A stretch of 64,000 nucleotides of DNA from Macrostomum lignano (taxonomy: Eukaryota), in contig NIVC01001660.1 in the NCBI GenBank assembly GCA_002269645.1, forward strand, positions 186,001 through 250,000, in the 5' to 3' direction. A model generated the notes under the pieces. That model saw nothing but the letters and a program-made list of their open reading frames with translations, made no database searches and was not told where the DNA came from. Positions within the stretch are counted from its first letter, which is position 1. Every line of letters starts with the position of its first letter. Shown piece after piece: positions 27,644 to 40,780 of the stretch. The position numbers and the translations under genes are program-made.

Positions 27644-30600
27644 TCAAAAAAGACTCCGAAGACTTTCGATGGCAGCAGACTTTGAAACCGATCGCCATTC
27701 TTGCGGAATTCGATCCATCCTGATTCCTTTGGTTCGTTCCAGCTCCTCCTTGAAGCGCCACACGAACCATTTCCAAAACACTGCGTCCGTATTTCTCTCG
27801 TCTGGAAGGATATCCCAGTCTGGGAAGTACCTTCGGTAAGCAGAATAGCGGTGTTGGTCATTTGGGTCGAAATTGCGCTGGACGCAGTTCTCCGACGGTT
27901 TGGTGCTATATTGGCACGCTGAGCAGGAAAATGTGATTCCTCGAGGTCCAGTGTCAAGATGCAGCAAGGATCCGCAAGTATGAGCCATAAACTCCCCTGT
28001 TGCCACCCAGTGCCAGCCGGAGACTCCCTGTGGCCTGTGCTGCACGCAGTGATGCGGACTGCCATCAATGTCAAAATGGTGCAACAAAGACTTGCAGCAC
28101 GGCTCTCTGCAGAATGGGCATTGCGCCTTGCAGCCCCAAATTTTGCTGAGCACAGATGAGCACAAATCTGTTTCACCGCAAACAACTTCTTTAACATTCC
28201 GGACATTTGAATAGTGTTGCATCAGACTACTTTTCAGATTGCTCATTTCAGAGACTACAGTGCGAACAACTTCCTCCAAATTTGCTGATTTGTAACTTTT
28301 CAGCTGAACCAGATCATTTGAACCGAACTGAATATCAGATGGCATGAGGGAAGGAAGCTTCTCTATCCACTCTTGAAAACTTTTCGATTGAGCTGCAGAA
28401 TCTTGTATAGATCTTTTTGCACTTTCCAGCTGCGGGTCAATCAGTGACTCAGCTATTGCGATAAATTCACAGTCAGCCTGCCCACTATGTCCTAGAAATT
28501 TATGATTAATGTAGTGATCAAGCCAGCGGATAGCACTTTCATATGGTTCATCGATATACTTAGCCAATGAGCTGAAGTCCTCTCTATTCGCCATGTCTTT
28601 CAGCATGCACACAATCAGGTGATATTTTGTCCTCCCCAAATCATTCAAGATCCTGCTTCGTAGGTCAGCTCCGACTCTCAAATCAACCAACCGAATCACC
28701 AAAGCGCGCAGATGGCCCATGAAATACTCAGCCACGATTTCACTGTTGCATTTTCCTTGGACTGTGCTTTCAAAGAGTCTCCACATTCGTTCTTTTGACT
28801 CTGCGAGTTTTGCTTTATCACCGCTTTTATTCGTATCAACAAACATTCTGTCCATTGCGACAAGGTGTGGAAAGGCGAATCTGAATGCAATGACTGTCAG
28901 TCTTATTTCCAACTCGTTAGTGAGTCCAATCCCCTGCTCCCTAAATTTCTCTAAGGCTAGTTTTTGCAAACCATCACGAATCATTTGATGAATATCTGGG
29001 ATGTCCGAGACGTTGTTTGGAATATTTTTAAGAACTGCTTTTGCTAATTTTTTGCTTTCAACAAGTACTGTGATGGACCTGTTCTTTTTTGCATCTGCTG
29101 CGTTTGATAACGGTTGGGTTCCGTATCTCGAGTCGCCTTCTATCGATGCGTAAAGGGTAGATCGATTTGGCACAAGACTATGTTCCACTACATTTTCGAT
29201 TGACTCATCAGGCTTTGATGAAATTGACGATTCCCGAAGAACATCGTCGAGGGTGCGACCCTCGCTTGAGTAAAATTGCTTTAGGTGGTCTACCATCATC
29301 CTTTCTATTACAGGTCGTTTGTTTTTCGGTTCAGATGCAAACTGACTTTCTAAATGCTTCCAAAATTTTTCAAATTCCTCGCGGATTTTTTTAGCCGAAG
29401 CGTTCTTTTCTCTTTTAGCGAATTCCTTCCCTCTTGTCACAACCATCTGTTCCCATTTCTGCTGCTGAAAACCCTGCTCTAATCGCTCTCTCTGCTCGAT
29501 GCACATCGCTTCCATTTTTCTGTGTGTCTCAAGTTCAAGGTTGCGCAAGCTGTGTTTTAGATTCTCCAACGTTTTTTCTTGAAAATGCAGCACGTACTCT
29601 CGGTAAGGGCTTTCATTGAAAAACCTTTTTAAATTGTCCGACGTCTCCTTGCACTTTTTCTTGAGAAAATTCTTCAGATTCCCTTTGGATCTTTCTAAAG
29701 TCTCAGTGATTAACTTGCAAGTTGAACTCGCTCGAATGTCATTGGCTACTGTACTCTGCAGCCATTCCTCTACGCGGTCTTCAACACCTCCCATCGTTTC
29801 TAGGAATCTTTTTTCAAGTCTGATATATGCTTTCCGCTCGATGCTATTTCTAAAACTGAACACAAAGTCCTCAGACAGTATTGCCTTCCACAGATCATTT
29901 ACTCGATTAGAAAAGTCGCTGAATCCCAGATAGCTTTTCTGTTCCTCATCAAAAATGTGCAAAAGATGCTGCTTAATGTCCTGAACACCCATCGAGTAGC
30001 CCGGATTCACTGGAGCCATGGGAGGGTCGCCTTGTAGCAGATCTGACATGAAGAATATATCGGTGTCTCTATTGAACTGCAGAATGTCTCCAAAACGCTT
30101 TACGTCATGGAGACCTTCTTCTTCTGCAGCTTCCTTCGTCATGTCGTCAAGGGTTTGCTGCATCTTGAATGTCGCTTCCTGCATCATCTCTTTTGCTCCA
30201 GCCGCTGCTACATTTTGGTGAACAAAAATGCAACGCCGTTTTATATTGATCATTCTGTTCGCTATCTTCATCCTGATGAAGGCGTGAATCGCAATCTGTA
30301 GGATATCCTTCATCTCAGCAGCGTTTTCTCCTTTGATGTTGATGATAGTCACGTCTCCAAGTCCGATGACCAGTGTAGCCAGCTCGTTGTCATGGTGATG
30401 CTTGTCCAGACCCAGCTCGGGAGCTCTCAGACCCTCGGTGTCGAGCACAGCGACATAGTCGAACGGCATTCCCGACTCCACCGGAACCAGCTGCAGAAAT
30501 GCGCCTCGAGTGCAGCGACCTGCGCTTACTGCGAACTTCAGTCCGAACATGGTGTTGAGCAGAGTGGACTTGCCTGAGCTCTGCAGACCGAGCACGGAGA

Positions 30601-33600
30601 TCACGTAGATCTTCTTGTCGCCGACCAGCTCCTGGCAGCTCTTGAGGATAGCAGAGATCCAGGCAGACGGGATGTTTCCAGCGTCGCCGTCGAGAATCTC
30701 AAGAGGAACTCCTAGCATCAGAAGATTTGCAAAGCACTTTGGTAAGCTGCTTACCAAAGGCCTTTTATCGGTTAAAATGTCGATTTCGGCTTCTTCAAAG
30801 GCTTTAAAAAGTTGTCCTTCTTCTCGGAAAAGATGTTCCAGTCCTACAGAGCTACTTCGCAATTTCTGTTCGAGCTTTTCAAGCTCCTGTTCAGTCATGT
30901 GTCTCTCTTTGTGCGCTTGCTTTGTGCAAAGTTTGTCTACCAGCTGTCTTTTGCGTTCTAACAAAGCAGGAAAGATTTTCCTTGACTTCTCATCAAGCTT
31001 CAGCTTTATGCATTGTACGTACAGCTTTGCTACTAAACCATTGTCTTTGCAATCACTGGCTGCTTTCAATTTTTTTGCAAATGATAGCGCAAGTGTCTTT
31101 GATTCTTTCAGAATTTCGATCTGCTTATTTCGAATACCGGCCCTTTTTGACGAGCTAATCTCAATTTCTTCTGGAGACTTGATATTGTACTCCTTTCGTA
31201 GTAGTTGACTGTATTCTAGCCACAGAGCCGTCAGGGGCAAACATTCTTGTGCCAAGTTTGTCTGGTCTGCCTCGTCAATTTTACTCAGCAGCGCGACGGC
31301 ACTTTCCATAGTTCCACCTAGGAAACTATCGAAATCGGTCTGCTGGAGTTGCTGCGCGAACGGAATTTCTGTATTTAAATCTTCATTGACCAGCTTTTGA
31401 GCCAGCTCGCGACTTAGGTCACTGAGAAGCTCCCGTTCCGCTTTTGGTCTCCTTCCACTAAAAGCTGTTACTGTTGGCAACGATGCAACAATTTCTTTTT
31501 CCTCTTCGGTGTATTCTTGAGACTTGCTTTTAGTAGATCTGACCATTTCTTTGAATACAACGAGAATGATCTCAGCTTTTTCTCTCAGATTCCGAAGACT
31601 TTGCAAGCACTCTTGCCCTCTAAGTATTTCCAACCCGACAAAAACTACAATGACCTGGGAGACTTCGGCCAATAGGCGAGCTTGCTCATCGAACTCTAAA
31701 ACGTTTCCTCGAAGATTCGCTGTCAAGAATGGCCGGACCATGGCGGCAGAAGCGCTTGTCTTCGACGGCAGAAACACTGTGGCCTCAACCAGACCGTTGC
31801 TGCAAAGCCTTCGAGCTTGTCCGCCGGAGCAGTCTCTGTGAAAGAATGTCTCATGACTGCTGCCGTTGATAAGAGAGTTCAGCAGCTTGGACTTGGACAC
31901 AGGCAGCTCTCCGATCCTCACAAAGGACACCACTGGAAGCGGGTAATCTGAAACTAGACTGGTCTCGACGTACTGACCGTTCGGATCTCGAAATTGGAGA
32001 ATGATGTCTCTCAGGCTCCAGTTGCTCATCACTAATGAGTGCTTCTCATCTCGGTAGATAAGTGGAAAAGCCAACTTGCAGGCAAACAGAATTTTGCAAA
32101 GCATTTGCTGCACCTCCTGGTCGCAGCAGAGGTAGCAGCAGAGAAGAGCATCGATTGGGTTGATTCCTTCCTCCGAATTATCCTCTTCTTCCTCTTGCAA
32201 ACTAATTTTTGATTGCAAAAGGATGCTGGAATCCGGCCTAACAGCTCGCCCGTTATAATTAAAAAGCTGTCTTAGTAGATACCAGGACGTTTGAGTTGGC
32301 TCCAGGCTCTCTGGTGCCTCATTGTTAGATGCTACGACTTTAATTATTTGCGTGAAAGGTATGGACATTGGAAACCAGTCACTCATTCCTATTTTAGCCA
32401 CCATCTCTCTCAAATTAGGAAAATCTTTAAGCGCACCCTTCAAATCCGATTTTTCCGTGTAAGTTTCTTGAGCTTGTCTCTCTTGCTCTGCTTCACTTTC
32501 GTGCGAGTCGACTTCAAGAGATTTATGAGTTGTTTCTTCATCTTCAGCCTCGCTTTCCGATTCCGAACTCTCAGAGAGCGTTTCATCATCATTGCTTGTT
32601 TCAGTTGTTAATCTAGATTTTGGCGAGTTCGAAGACTCGGCGAATTTCTTGTTTAAGTGTCCAGCTTGGTTTTCTTGGTTGTCGAGTTCATTGCACTGCA
32701 CGGGAGCTCCCTTTTCGTCATCACTCTCTTGATCCGAACAGTTGTTAGGAACTCTCACGCAGGCTTCGGGTTGAATCTGGACGTCTTCTAACTGCAGAGT
32801 CAACAGGTACTCCAAGAGAGCATTAATATCCACTGAGCAGCATTTTTCCGGTTCATGGGCATGAGTCTTCTTTTCTAAGTTGGGTGCTAACTTTTGTTCA
32901 AGTTCTTTTCTAGCGCTTTCGTACTTTGACTGATATTTTTTAACTTGCGCTATAGCATCTCTATTTTCTGCAAAAACAGATTTTATTTCATCCAGTTGTC
33001 TTAAAACACGGTCTGCCATTTCTTTCTCTTCTTGGCTGTCTTGTTGCTGAGCAAAACTCTCGTGGTCATTTTGAAAGCTCAGATGAAAAATGCTTGGCAC
33101 GTTTTTCACGGACACGTACTTTTGAAGTTTGTCATTCCACTTTTCCGCATCTTCCTGAGTCAGAAACTGACGAAGAGCGTCTTCAATGGCCCTGCTCACC
33201 GATGGCGACTCACCTGGAATGAAAAATGACAAAGCCAGTGGGCCAGTTGCTACTAATTGGCTAGGTCGCGTGACCAGATTTGGATAAAAATCTGGTGCAA
33301 AAAGTATTGAACATTGGTTTAGATTTCTACGACTATAAAATTTAAGCCGGTGCCAATAGGAAATTGTTTTTGCTCGTATCAATTTCACCACCGTTTGCAC
33401 AATTTTATACATCTGAAGGCTATTCACTGATAAGTTAAATATTTTAAGTCTCCTATCATCTGATCAAATCAATTGATGAAATTAATTTGAAGCACTGAAG
33501 CTTCCGAACTGGCACACCTGCGCTTGTGCCAATGTGAAAGTTTATTTAACTTGAATTAAATAACTTGAATTAATTTAACTTGTGCTGGTGTGTGCCAATA

Positions 33601-36600
33601 AAACTGCTCCCTCGTGTTGCTTGTGTTTCTGGTTCTACATGTATGTGTCTATTTCTAAAGGAGTGTATCTATCGTTCTCTAAAGAGAATTTTCTTTAGAA
33701 AAAAGGCTTACAACATCTCACTTTGTAAGGCATACGTGAAAAATGCACTAAAACCATTTACGAAGGGTGAGAGTTCAAGGTCCAACGAACTATTGCCTCT
33801 GATTCACAGCGATCTGTGCTACTATCCAGGAGCAAAATACTTTATCACATTCATTGATGATAGCTCGCACTACTGTTCGATTTACTGTCTGAAAAACAAT
33901 TCGGAAATTTTGGACTGATTTAAGAATTTTCAAGCCCTAGTCAGAAACCAAGCAGGCAGATCTATCAAGGCTATTTAAACTTTTAATGGTTGAGAGCATA
34001 TATCAGACAATTTTAAAGCTTTTAGTGCCCGGAACGGAATCATTCACCAAACGACTTTGCCATATTTTCCAGAACACAAGAACTCAGTGGAGGCAGCTGG
34101 GTCAATGATTGTGCATGCCGGCCTTGGCAAGGAATTTTGAGCAGAGGCTATCTTTCTGGGCAGAGCTAGTTTACCTTTGCAGCCATTCAATGAACAGTAC
34201 AGTCAGCAGCGACACCATTTCAGATATGGGGCTGGCAAAAAGCCAAACGTGCAACATTTGAGAGTATTCGGATATGTTTCCATGCACTGCGCACACATGC
34301 CAGCAGAAAAACGTCACAAATTCAATTCAAAATTTATAAGATTTATTGGATACTCGGAAACTAGCAAAGGCTATTGCTGTTTAGACTACAAAACGCGCTC
34401 AGTATTTATTAGTCGAAATGTAACTTTTCAAGAGTCGTGCTTTAAGGAGCAAGAATTGGATCGCCAGGACACACTTCAGTTACAGACGGACGCAGAACCA
34501 ATGGTGAACGAATCGGAATGTGGTTCGAATATCAGTGACAACCAGGAAGTCCGGAGGTCAACTCAAGAGAATTAACCTGCCAACAAATACGTAGCATCAA
34601 TTGCAACATATTTTGAAGAGTATGAGTGAAACGTGGAGTGAAACGTGGAGTGAAACGTGGAGTGAAACGTGGAGTGAAACGTGGAGTGAAACGTGGAGTG
34701 AAACGTGGAGTGAAACGTGGAGTGAAACGTGGAGTGAAACGTGGAGTGAAACGTGGAGTGAAACGTGGAGTGAAACGTGGAGTGAAACGTGGAGTGAAAC
34801 GTGGAGTGAAACGTGGAGTGAAACGTGGAGTGAAACGTGGAGTGAAACGTGGAGTGAAACGTGGAGTGAAACGTGGAGTGAAACGTGGAGTGAAACGTGG
34901 AGTGAAACGTGGAGTGAAACGTGGAGTGAAACGTGGAGTGAAACGTGGAGTGAAACGTGGAGTGAAACGTGTACTCTGATACTTAAAAGGATAATGTGAT
35001 AAGCTACATTCATATACTACGGTTTCTTAACTTCAAAATTTTCAACTTAATAATTCGTGACAATCACACTTGTAGACTTTATAACTATACACTGGAACAT
35101 TTATTTATTTTGTTTCTCTAAAACCTGATGATAAATTTGTATGGAATGCTCCTTACTTTCGTACAATAATTGTTTGTGCTTGAATACCTGCGGTTAGTCT
35201 TATCGAGTAAGAGCAACTTAATCTGCAATATGCCTGTCAATTATTTTGTTTTTCGAATTGATCCAAATAAACTCTTGTGTTATAAAATAAAAATCGGCTT
35301 ATCTTAATTGTTTCTAGCCTTGTTTTCAACCCTAAAATGTCTCTTTTCTCTAAGGACTACGCAATTAGAACAGAAAAATACAAGCATACATTTTGTAATT
35401 TAATTAATTTTATTGATTAATGTTAATTTTAGATCCTAGGTACATACCCTGTGCCTAAAAATCATAAAATTGGCACAACTCGACTAATTGGTTTTATTCA
35501 TCTACAAACTGTTAAAACCCGCGGATTTTGAAACGGATTTTGGAGGTGACAATATGGCGCAAATTCATGAGGGATCAGTGGGTTCAACTTCAAATTCATT
35601 CATAAGGGAGAGAAGCAAATGGACGAGTACAGAAAGGGAATCAAGAAAGTGCGAAGACAACTGAGACAATCAAAAGAAGAATGGGTAGAGGAACAAACCA
35701 ATGCTGTTGGAAAGCGACTTTGAGGGGAACAACACGAGAGAAGCCTATAAAATAGCTCGTAATAATAAGCTGACAGAATGACGCAAAAAATAAATGGATG
35801 ATGGAGAAGAGCGGGAAGGAAATACCTGAACCTAAAGCCAAGAGGTGGTTTAAAGAAAGAAAGAATACTGTAGCTCTAACTGTAGGCTCGTATTATCACA
35901 AAACAAACGTAGACAAAAGCGTTCTGGGCGGAGAAATTGATAGAAATGGGAGGAATAAAACCTAGAATATCTAGTGACTGGTTCAGGGCAACGGTGGGAA
36001 TGAGACAAGGATGTATCCTATCACCCACTCTCCTTAATATGTTCCTGGAAAGGATAATGGCAGAAACGGTAGAGAAACTGGATGAGGTGCGGAGGCATAA
36101 ATATTAACAACTTGCGTTTTGCAGACGACATTGATTTGATTGTCAAAGATGAGGAGCTGAATAAAACCGACTACGAAACTGGACAGAGCTTCAAGAAAGT
36201 TTGGCATGAAAGTTACCAAGAAAAGAGCGAGACAATGGTGGCAGGGAATGGTGAAGACAAAGCAGGAAGGAATTGTGATTGATGGAGAATTTTAAATATC
36301 TGGGGGCAACCACCGTGCAGAATGGGGCCTCGGAGGAAGAGACCAGTCGTCAGAAGTTGTCAAGAAACTTTGCGACTCGAACTTTTGCAGGATTGTGTCA
36401 AAATAGTTAAAGATTGATTGTTAAATGTTGGAATCAAAAATTAAATTAGGATTGGTAAAATTGAAGCAACGCTATGGAGGATTTAGTGAAAAAATGCGCT
36501 TTTTTGCAGTTTTTTGCACTTTTAGTTAGAAAAAATTCGAATTTAGGAATTTCAAGATACTCAAGACATTCTCGGTAGTGATTTTTAGGGTGGGTGCAAA

Positions 36601-37432
36601 ATTGGGTGTCATTTGGTTGAGCGGTTGACTTGTACTCTGTCTGAGTACAAGTCAACCAATTTGTACTCAGACAGACACATAGAGTTTGATAACATCTTTG
36701 ATAACATATTTACATGTATTCTCAGCTGACTGTGTAACAAAATACACGATAAAAATGTGCAACTATAATGCGATGTGAATAATGAATTCCGTTTTACATT
36801 TCCGGAGTCGTTAAAGAAAAGCTCCAGAGTCACTTGCATCGCCCATGTAGAATCGCTTCGGAGTCGCAGAAAATAAAATTGGGTTTAGGGTGACTCTTTG
36901 TCGACTTTTGGAGTCGTTTTAAAGTCGTCTACGAGCTTAAGTTACGCCTTTTCTACGAGTGTTTACCTGTGTTACCTGCAAAAACTCTGAAACAACTCTG
37001 GGGCGACGCAAGTAGCTCTGAGACGCTTCTTGGCCTAGCTACCTAAGTACCTTCAAAGAAATTGTGTATCTTTTATTTCTCTAGCTAGCCCTTCTCCTGC
37101 CTACGAGCTAAGTATGCAAAATTTTCACAGCGCTCCTTTAAATTCTCCTACAACGGAAATATTTCTAAATCGAGGTAGATAGCTCGTTGGTCCAATAATT
37201 CCTACAAAGGAAATCCTGGGCTGCATATGCATTTACGAAAACATTAAGCAATACTCGTAACCCGTCATTTCTTTAGACCGCGCCTTTCCCTACAATATCG
37301 CCATAAAGCAACATGAATTAGCTGCATGGCATCGAAACGTGAATTTAAAAGATATATTACATAAATCTTATTTGGAAATACACCCCTACATAATCGCCAA
37401 GCAAGCTCACCTTCGCCACGCCCCTCGGCCAT
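27644..37432 (-). CDS. GVIN1-like: Very large GTPase (GVIN1/URGCP family), paralog B, about 1863 aa; exons 37432-37411 (inferred) and 33213-27644
   Basis: Same VLIG motifs as paralog A. Strong acceptor TTTTTCATTCCAG at 33214. Candidate first coding exon AAAATGGCCGAGGGGCGTGGCGAAG|GTGAGC (MAEGRGE, phase 1) joins in frame. The N-terminal LRQFL..EDAEKWNDKLQKYVSV resembles the GVIN1 N-terminal helical domain. Main exon high confidence, first exon moderate. Confidence 0.88.
33620..34620 (+). mobile_element. Degenerate Ty1/copia LTR retrotransposon fragment (integrase region), inside the paralog B intron
   Basis: LIHSDLC..GAKYFITFIDDSSHYCSIYCLK (copia integrase core start) and FIGYSETSKGY..LD....VFISRNVTFQE (post-integrase SH3-like region), with stops and frameshifts. 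Confidence 0.85.
34624..34971. repeat. 12-bp perfect tandem repeat (GAGTGAAACGTG) x29
   Basis: 348 bp = 29 identical units. Confidence 0.98.
35610..36340 (+). mobile_element. Degenerate RTE-type LINE reverse-transcriptase fragment
   Basis: RRQLRQSKEEWVEEQ; WFRATVGMRQGCILSPTLLNMFLERIMA; GGININNLRFADDIDLI (RT catalytic FADD motif); internally deleted. Confidence 0.85.
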
Positions 37433-37554
37433 TTTGCTGCTCTCTCAGCCAGTAATAAAACGAAATCCGCCTTCTGCGCCTTCAATGCCTGTACAAAAAT
37501 AAAACGATTTCGTGTGTACTCAGATGATACTTCATACAAAAGTGATTAACTATT

Positions 37555-37638
37555 TCATTAATCAATCCATCAATCAGTCAATCAATCAATCAATCAATCA
37601 TACATCGACCAATCAATTAGTCCCTCAATCAATTAATT

Positions 37639-37672
<34 letters not shown>

Positions 37673-37915
37673 GCATCGACCAATTAATTAGTCCCTCAAT
37701 AAATCAATCAATTAATCAATTAATCAATCAATCAATCAATTCATCAATCAATCCATAAATAAATCAATCAATCCCACAATCAATCAATCCATAAATTAAT
37801 CAATCAACCAACCAATCAATCAATCAATATATCAATATATCAATTAACTATACATCCACCAATCAATAATAAGTCACTAAATCAATTAATCAAGCAACAA
37901 TCAATCAGTATATCA
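37555..37915. repeat. Degenerate (ATCA)n microsatellite
   Basis: Low-complexity AATC/ATCA array. Confidence 0.9.
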
Positions 37916-38639
37916 ATTGTAGAGAGTTATTAAAAAATTCTGCACTACTTAAAGTAATACTCTATGAAAGCCTGTTTTAAACTGCAACCTAGAATCACGC
38001 GCAAATAGAGTGACTTAGAACCCTACGTAGGACCTAAGTCTGTTTGGTCAAAGAAACGGATTCCAACAGCTGTATTTGCTCAATCCCATATATGGCAGTG
38101 CTCAAACATGCATAATCGCTTAATAAAACATGAATGACTTAAGTAAACATCCGATCTTAAACCAGTTTTTCTCCAAATTTTGTTATAAATATAAGTAAAA
38201 TTCCGAATAAAAAATTCAGACTCAGAGCGGTCTCTAAGAAGACTCTGAAGGAACAATAAAGAAGACTAATCTCCTAGGGACCACACTTGTCCAATTGGTA
38301 AGCGTTTACCGGATTCAGTTTTTTTATTGTTGGCGTTAATTAGTTGATTAATTGAATTTACGAGAGCCATTTATTGTCGATACATTCGAGAATACATTCG
38401 CCTCCTTGCTTCGTAGGAAGGAGGAAGGAATCCCCTAGGATAAGGATATAATATAATAGGATGTAATTATTTTATTCCTAGGGGGATTATTGATTTGATT
38501 TGAGTTATCTGTTACGTTTCGCAATTCTTAATTAACGTAATTAACGTAACGTGACGTAACGTCAAGAAATTCTGATTCGCTCTCTCGTTTTGGTCGACCC
38601 ACAGATAAAGTCAACGACCTATTCACTTGTTCCCCAGTG

Positions 38640-39827
38640 TCTATCGATCTATCTATTCTATCTATCTATCCATCAGTCAATCAATCAGCTAATCAATATA
38701 TCAATCGATCGATTCATCAATCAATAAATCAATCTTTCTATCTACCTATCCATATATCTATCTATCTATCTATCTATCAATTTATTAATCAACAATCAAT
38801 AAATCAGTATATCAATCGGTCAATCTATCTATCTTTCAATCGATCTGTTAATCAATAAATCAATCAATAAATTAAGCTATGTACGAGCGTATTTATACAT
38901 CAATCAATCAATTAATCAGTCAGTTAATCAATCAATTAATTAATCACTTATTCTATTACAAACATGCGCAAACTGGGGAATCACCCAGCCGTTTCTATTA
39001 GCAACACACACATGTGAGTCCCTATTGGCTGAGATCAGTCACGTGATTACTATTCTGTCCAATAGCGACTTACATGTGTGCGTTGCCAATAGAAACGGCC
39101 GAGTGAATCCCTAGGTTGCGCCCAAGCATGATCTACTAGTCAACAAATCAATCGATTCATCAATCTATCTATCTATCCATCTACGAATCTATTTATGTAT
39201 CTATCTGTCTATCTGTCTATCTATTTTTCTTTCAATGAGTCAATCAACCAATCAATCAGTATATAAATCATTCAATTCATCAATAAATCAATTAATTTAC
39301 CTATCAACCAATCTGTCAATTAAAAATCAATCAACAAAGTAATATATGTATATATACATCAATCAATCAATCATTCAATCAATCAATCAATTTTTTGTCT
39401 ATTTATCTATCTATCTATCTTTCAATCAGTCAATATATTATATTATCAGTCAATCAATCAATCAGCATATCAGTATATCAATCAATTCATCACCCAAACA
39501 ATCAATCAACCATTATTTTCAGCTATCTATCTTTCAAAAAATCAATTAATCAATCTGTCAATTTAGCATTTAAACAATAAATTAATCTATCGATCGATAT
39601 TCAGCAATCAAACAATCAATCAATTAATTACTTTATCAATCAATCAATACACCAATCAATCAATCAATCAATCTTTCTATCAATCAATCAGTTACTCTTT
39701 ATGTCCATCAATAAATCAATAAATCAATAAATCAATTAACCAGTATATCAATCAATTAATCAATCACTATATCAATCAGTCAGTATATTAATCAATTAAT
39801 AAATAAATCAATTTATCTATCTTTCTT

Positions 39828-39865
<38 letters not shown>

Positions 39866-40547
39866 CATCAGTCAATCAGTATATCAATCAATCTTTCAAT
39901 CTTTCTATCTATCTGTATATCCATCTATCTATCTATCAATATAACAATCAATCTTTTCAGTCAATATAATAATTGATTTCAGTCAATACAATAATCAATT
40001 AATATTGATTGTTATCAATATAACAGTCAATCTTTTCAGTCAATACAATAATTAATCAATCAGTATATCAATCCGTTAATCTATCTATCTTTTAATCAAT
40101 CTGTTAATCAATAAATCAATCAATAAATAACCTATGTATATATGCATCAATCAATCAATCAATCATTCAATACAATCTATCAATCAATGAATTAATCAGT
40201 CAGTTAATAAATCAACTATCAATAATTAATCAATATCAATCAATATCAATCCAAATTCAATCAAATCAATCAAATAATCAATAAATCTTTCTATCTATCA
40301 ATCAATTTATCAGTCTGTCAATCTTTATATCTATTTTTTCTTTTAATCAGTCAAATATTTAATCAATCAATCAATTCATCTATCAAATTATCTGTGAATC
40401 AAAAATCAATCAATAAAGCAATCTATGTATATTTACACCAATGAATGAATCAATCAATCAGTCGATCAATCAATCAATGAGTCAATCGATCAATCAATTA
40501 ATCTACCAATCAATCAATTAATCAGTCAATGAGTCAATAAATAAATT

Positions 40548-40585
<38 letters not shown>

Positions 40586-40603
40586 GCAATCTATCTATCT
40601 ATT
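38640..40603. repeat. Degenerate (ATCA)/(TCTA) microsatellite field, interrupted by a hairpin element
   Basis: About 2 kb of mixed ATCA and CTAT units. Confidence 0.9.
38966..39121. mobile_element. 156-bp palindromic MITE-like element
   Basis: Left arm GCGCAAACTGGGGAATCACCCAGCCGTTTCTATTAGCAACACACACATGTGAGTCCCTATTGG matches the reverse complement of the right arm GCGCAACCTAGGGATTCACTCGGCCGTTTCTATTGGCAACGCACACATGTAAGTCGCTATTGG. Confidence 0.75.
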
Positions 40604-40629
40604 TGGAAAGTCAACCCGGCGATGCATCC

Positions 40630-40780
40630 GATATCTGAGCGGTTGTGCAGAGTGCCGCCGCTCTAAGCGATTCGATGCAAAAGGAGATCGATTAACTGCT
40701 GCAACAAGGCATTATCGAGGAATTCAAGGCCTCTGACTAAATGTGACAAGCTACGAGTAGTCGTTGTACCAATTAGACTA
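40630..40780 (+). mobile_element. Short degenerate Ty3/gypsy RT N-terminal fragment
   Basis: MQKEID*LLQQGIIEE resembles the gypsy V..EI..LL..GII.. motif. Confidence 0.5.

Noticed and set aside
19551-33229. Many short antisense or alternative-frame ORFs overlapping the GVIN genes
   Set aside because: Shadows of long coding exons with no independent motifs.
33214-33427. ORF-track N-terminal 71 aa of GVIN B
   Set aside because: Lies upstream of a strong polypyrimidine-AG acceptor; composition is intron-like.
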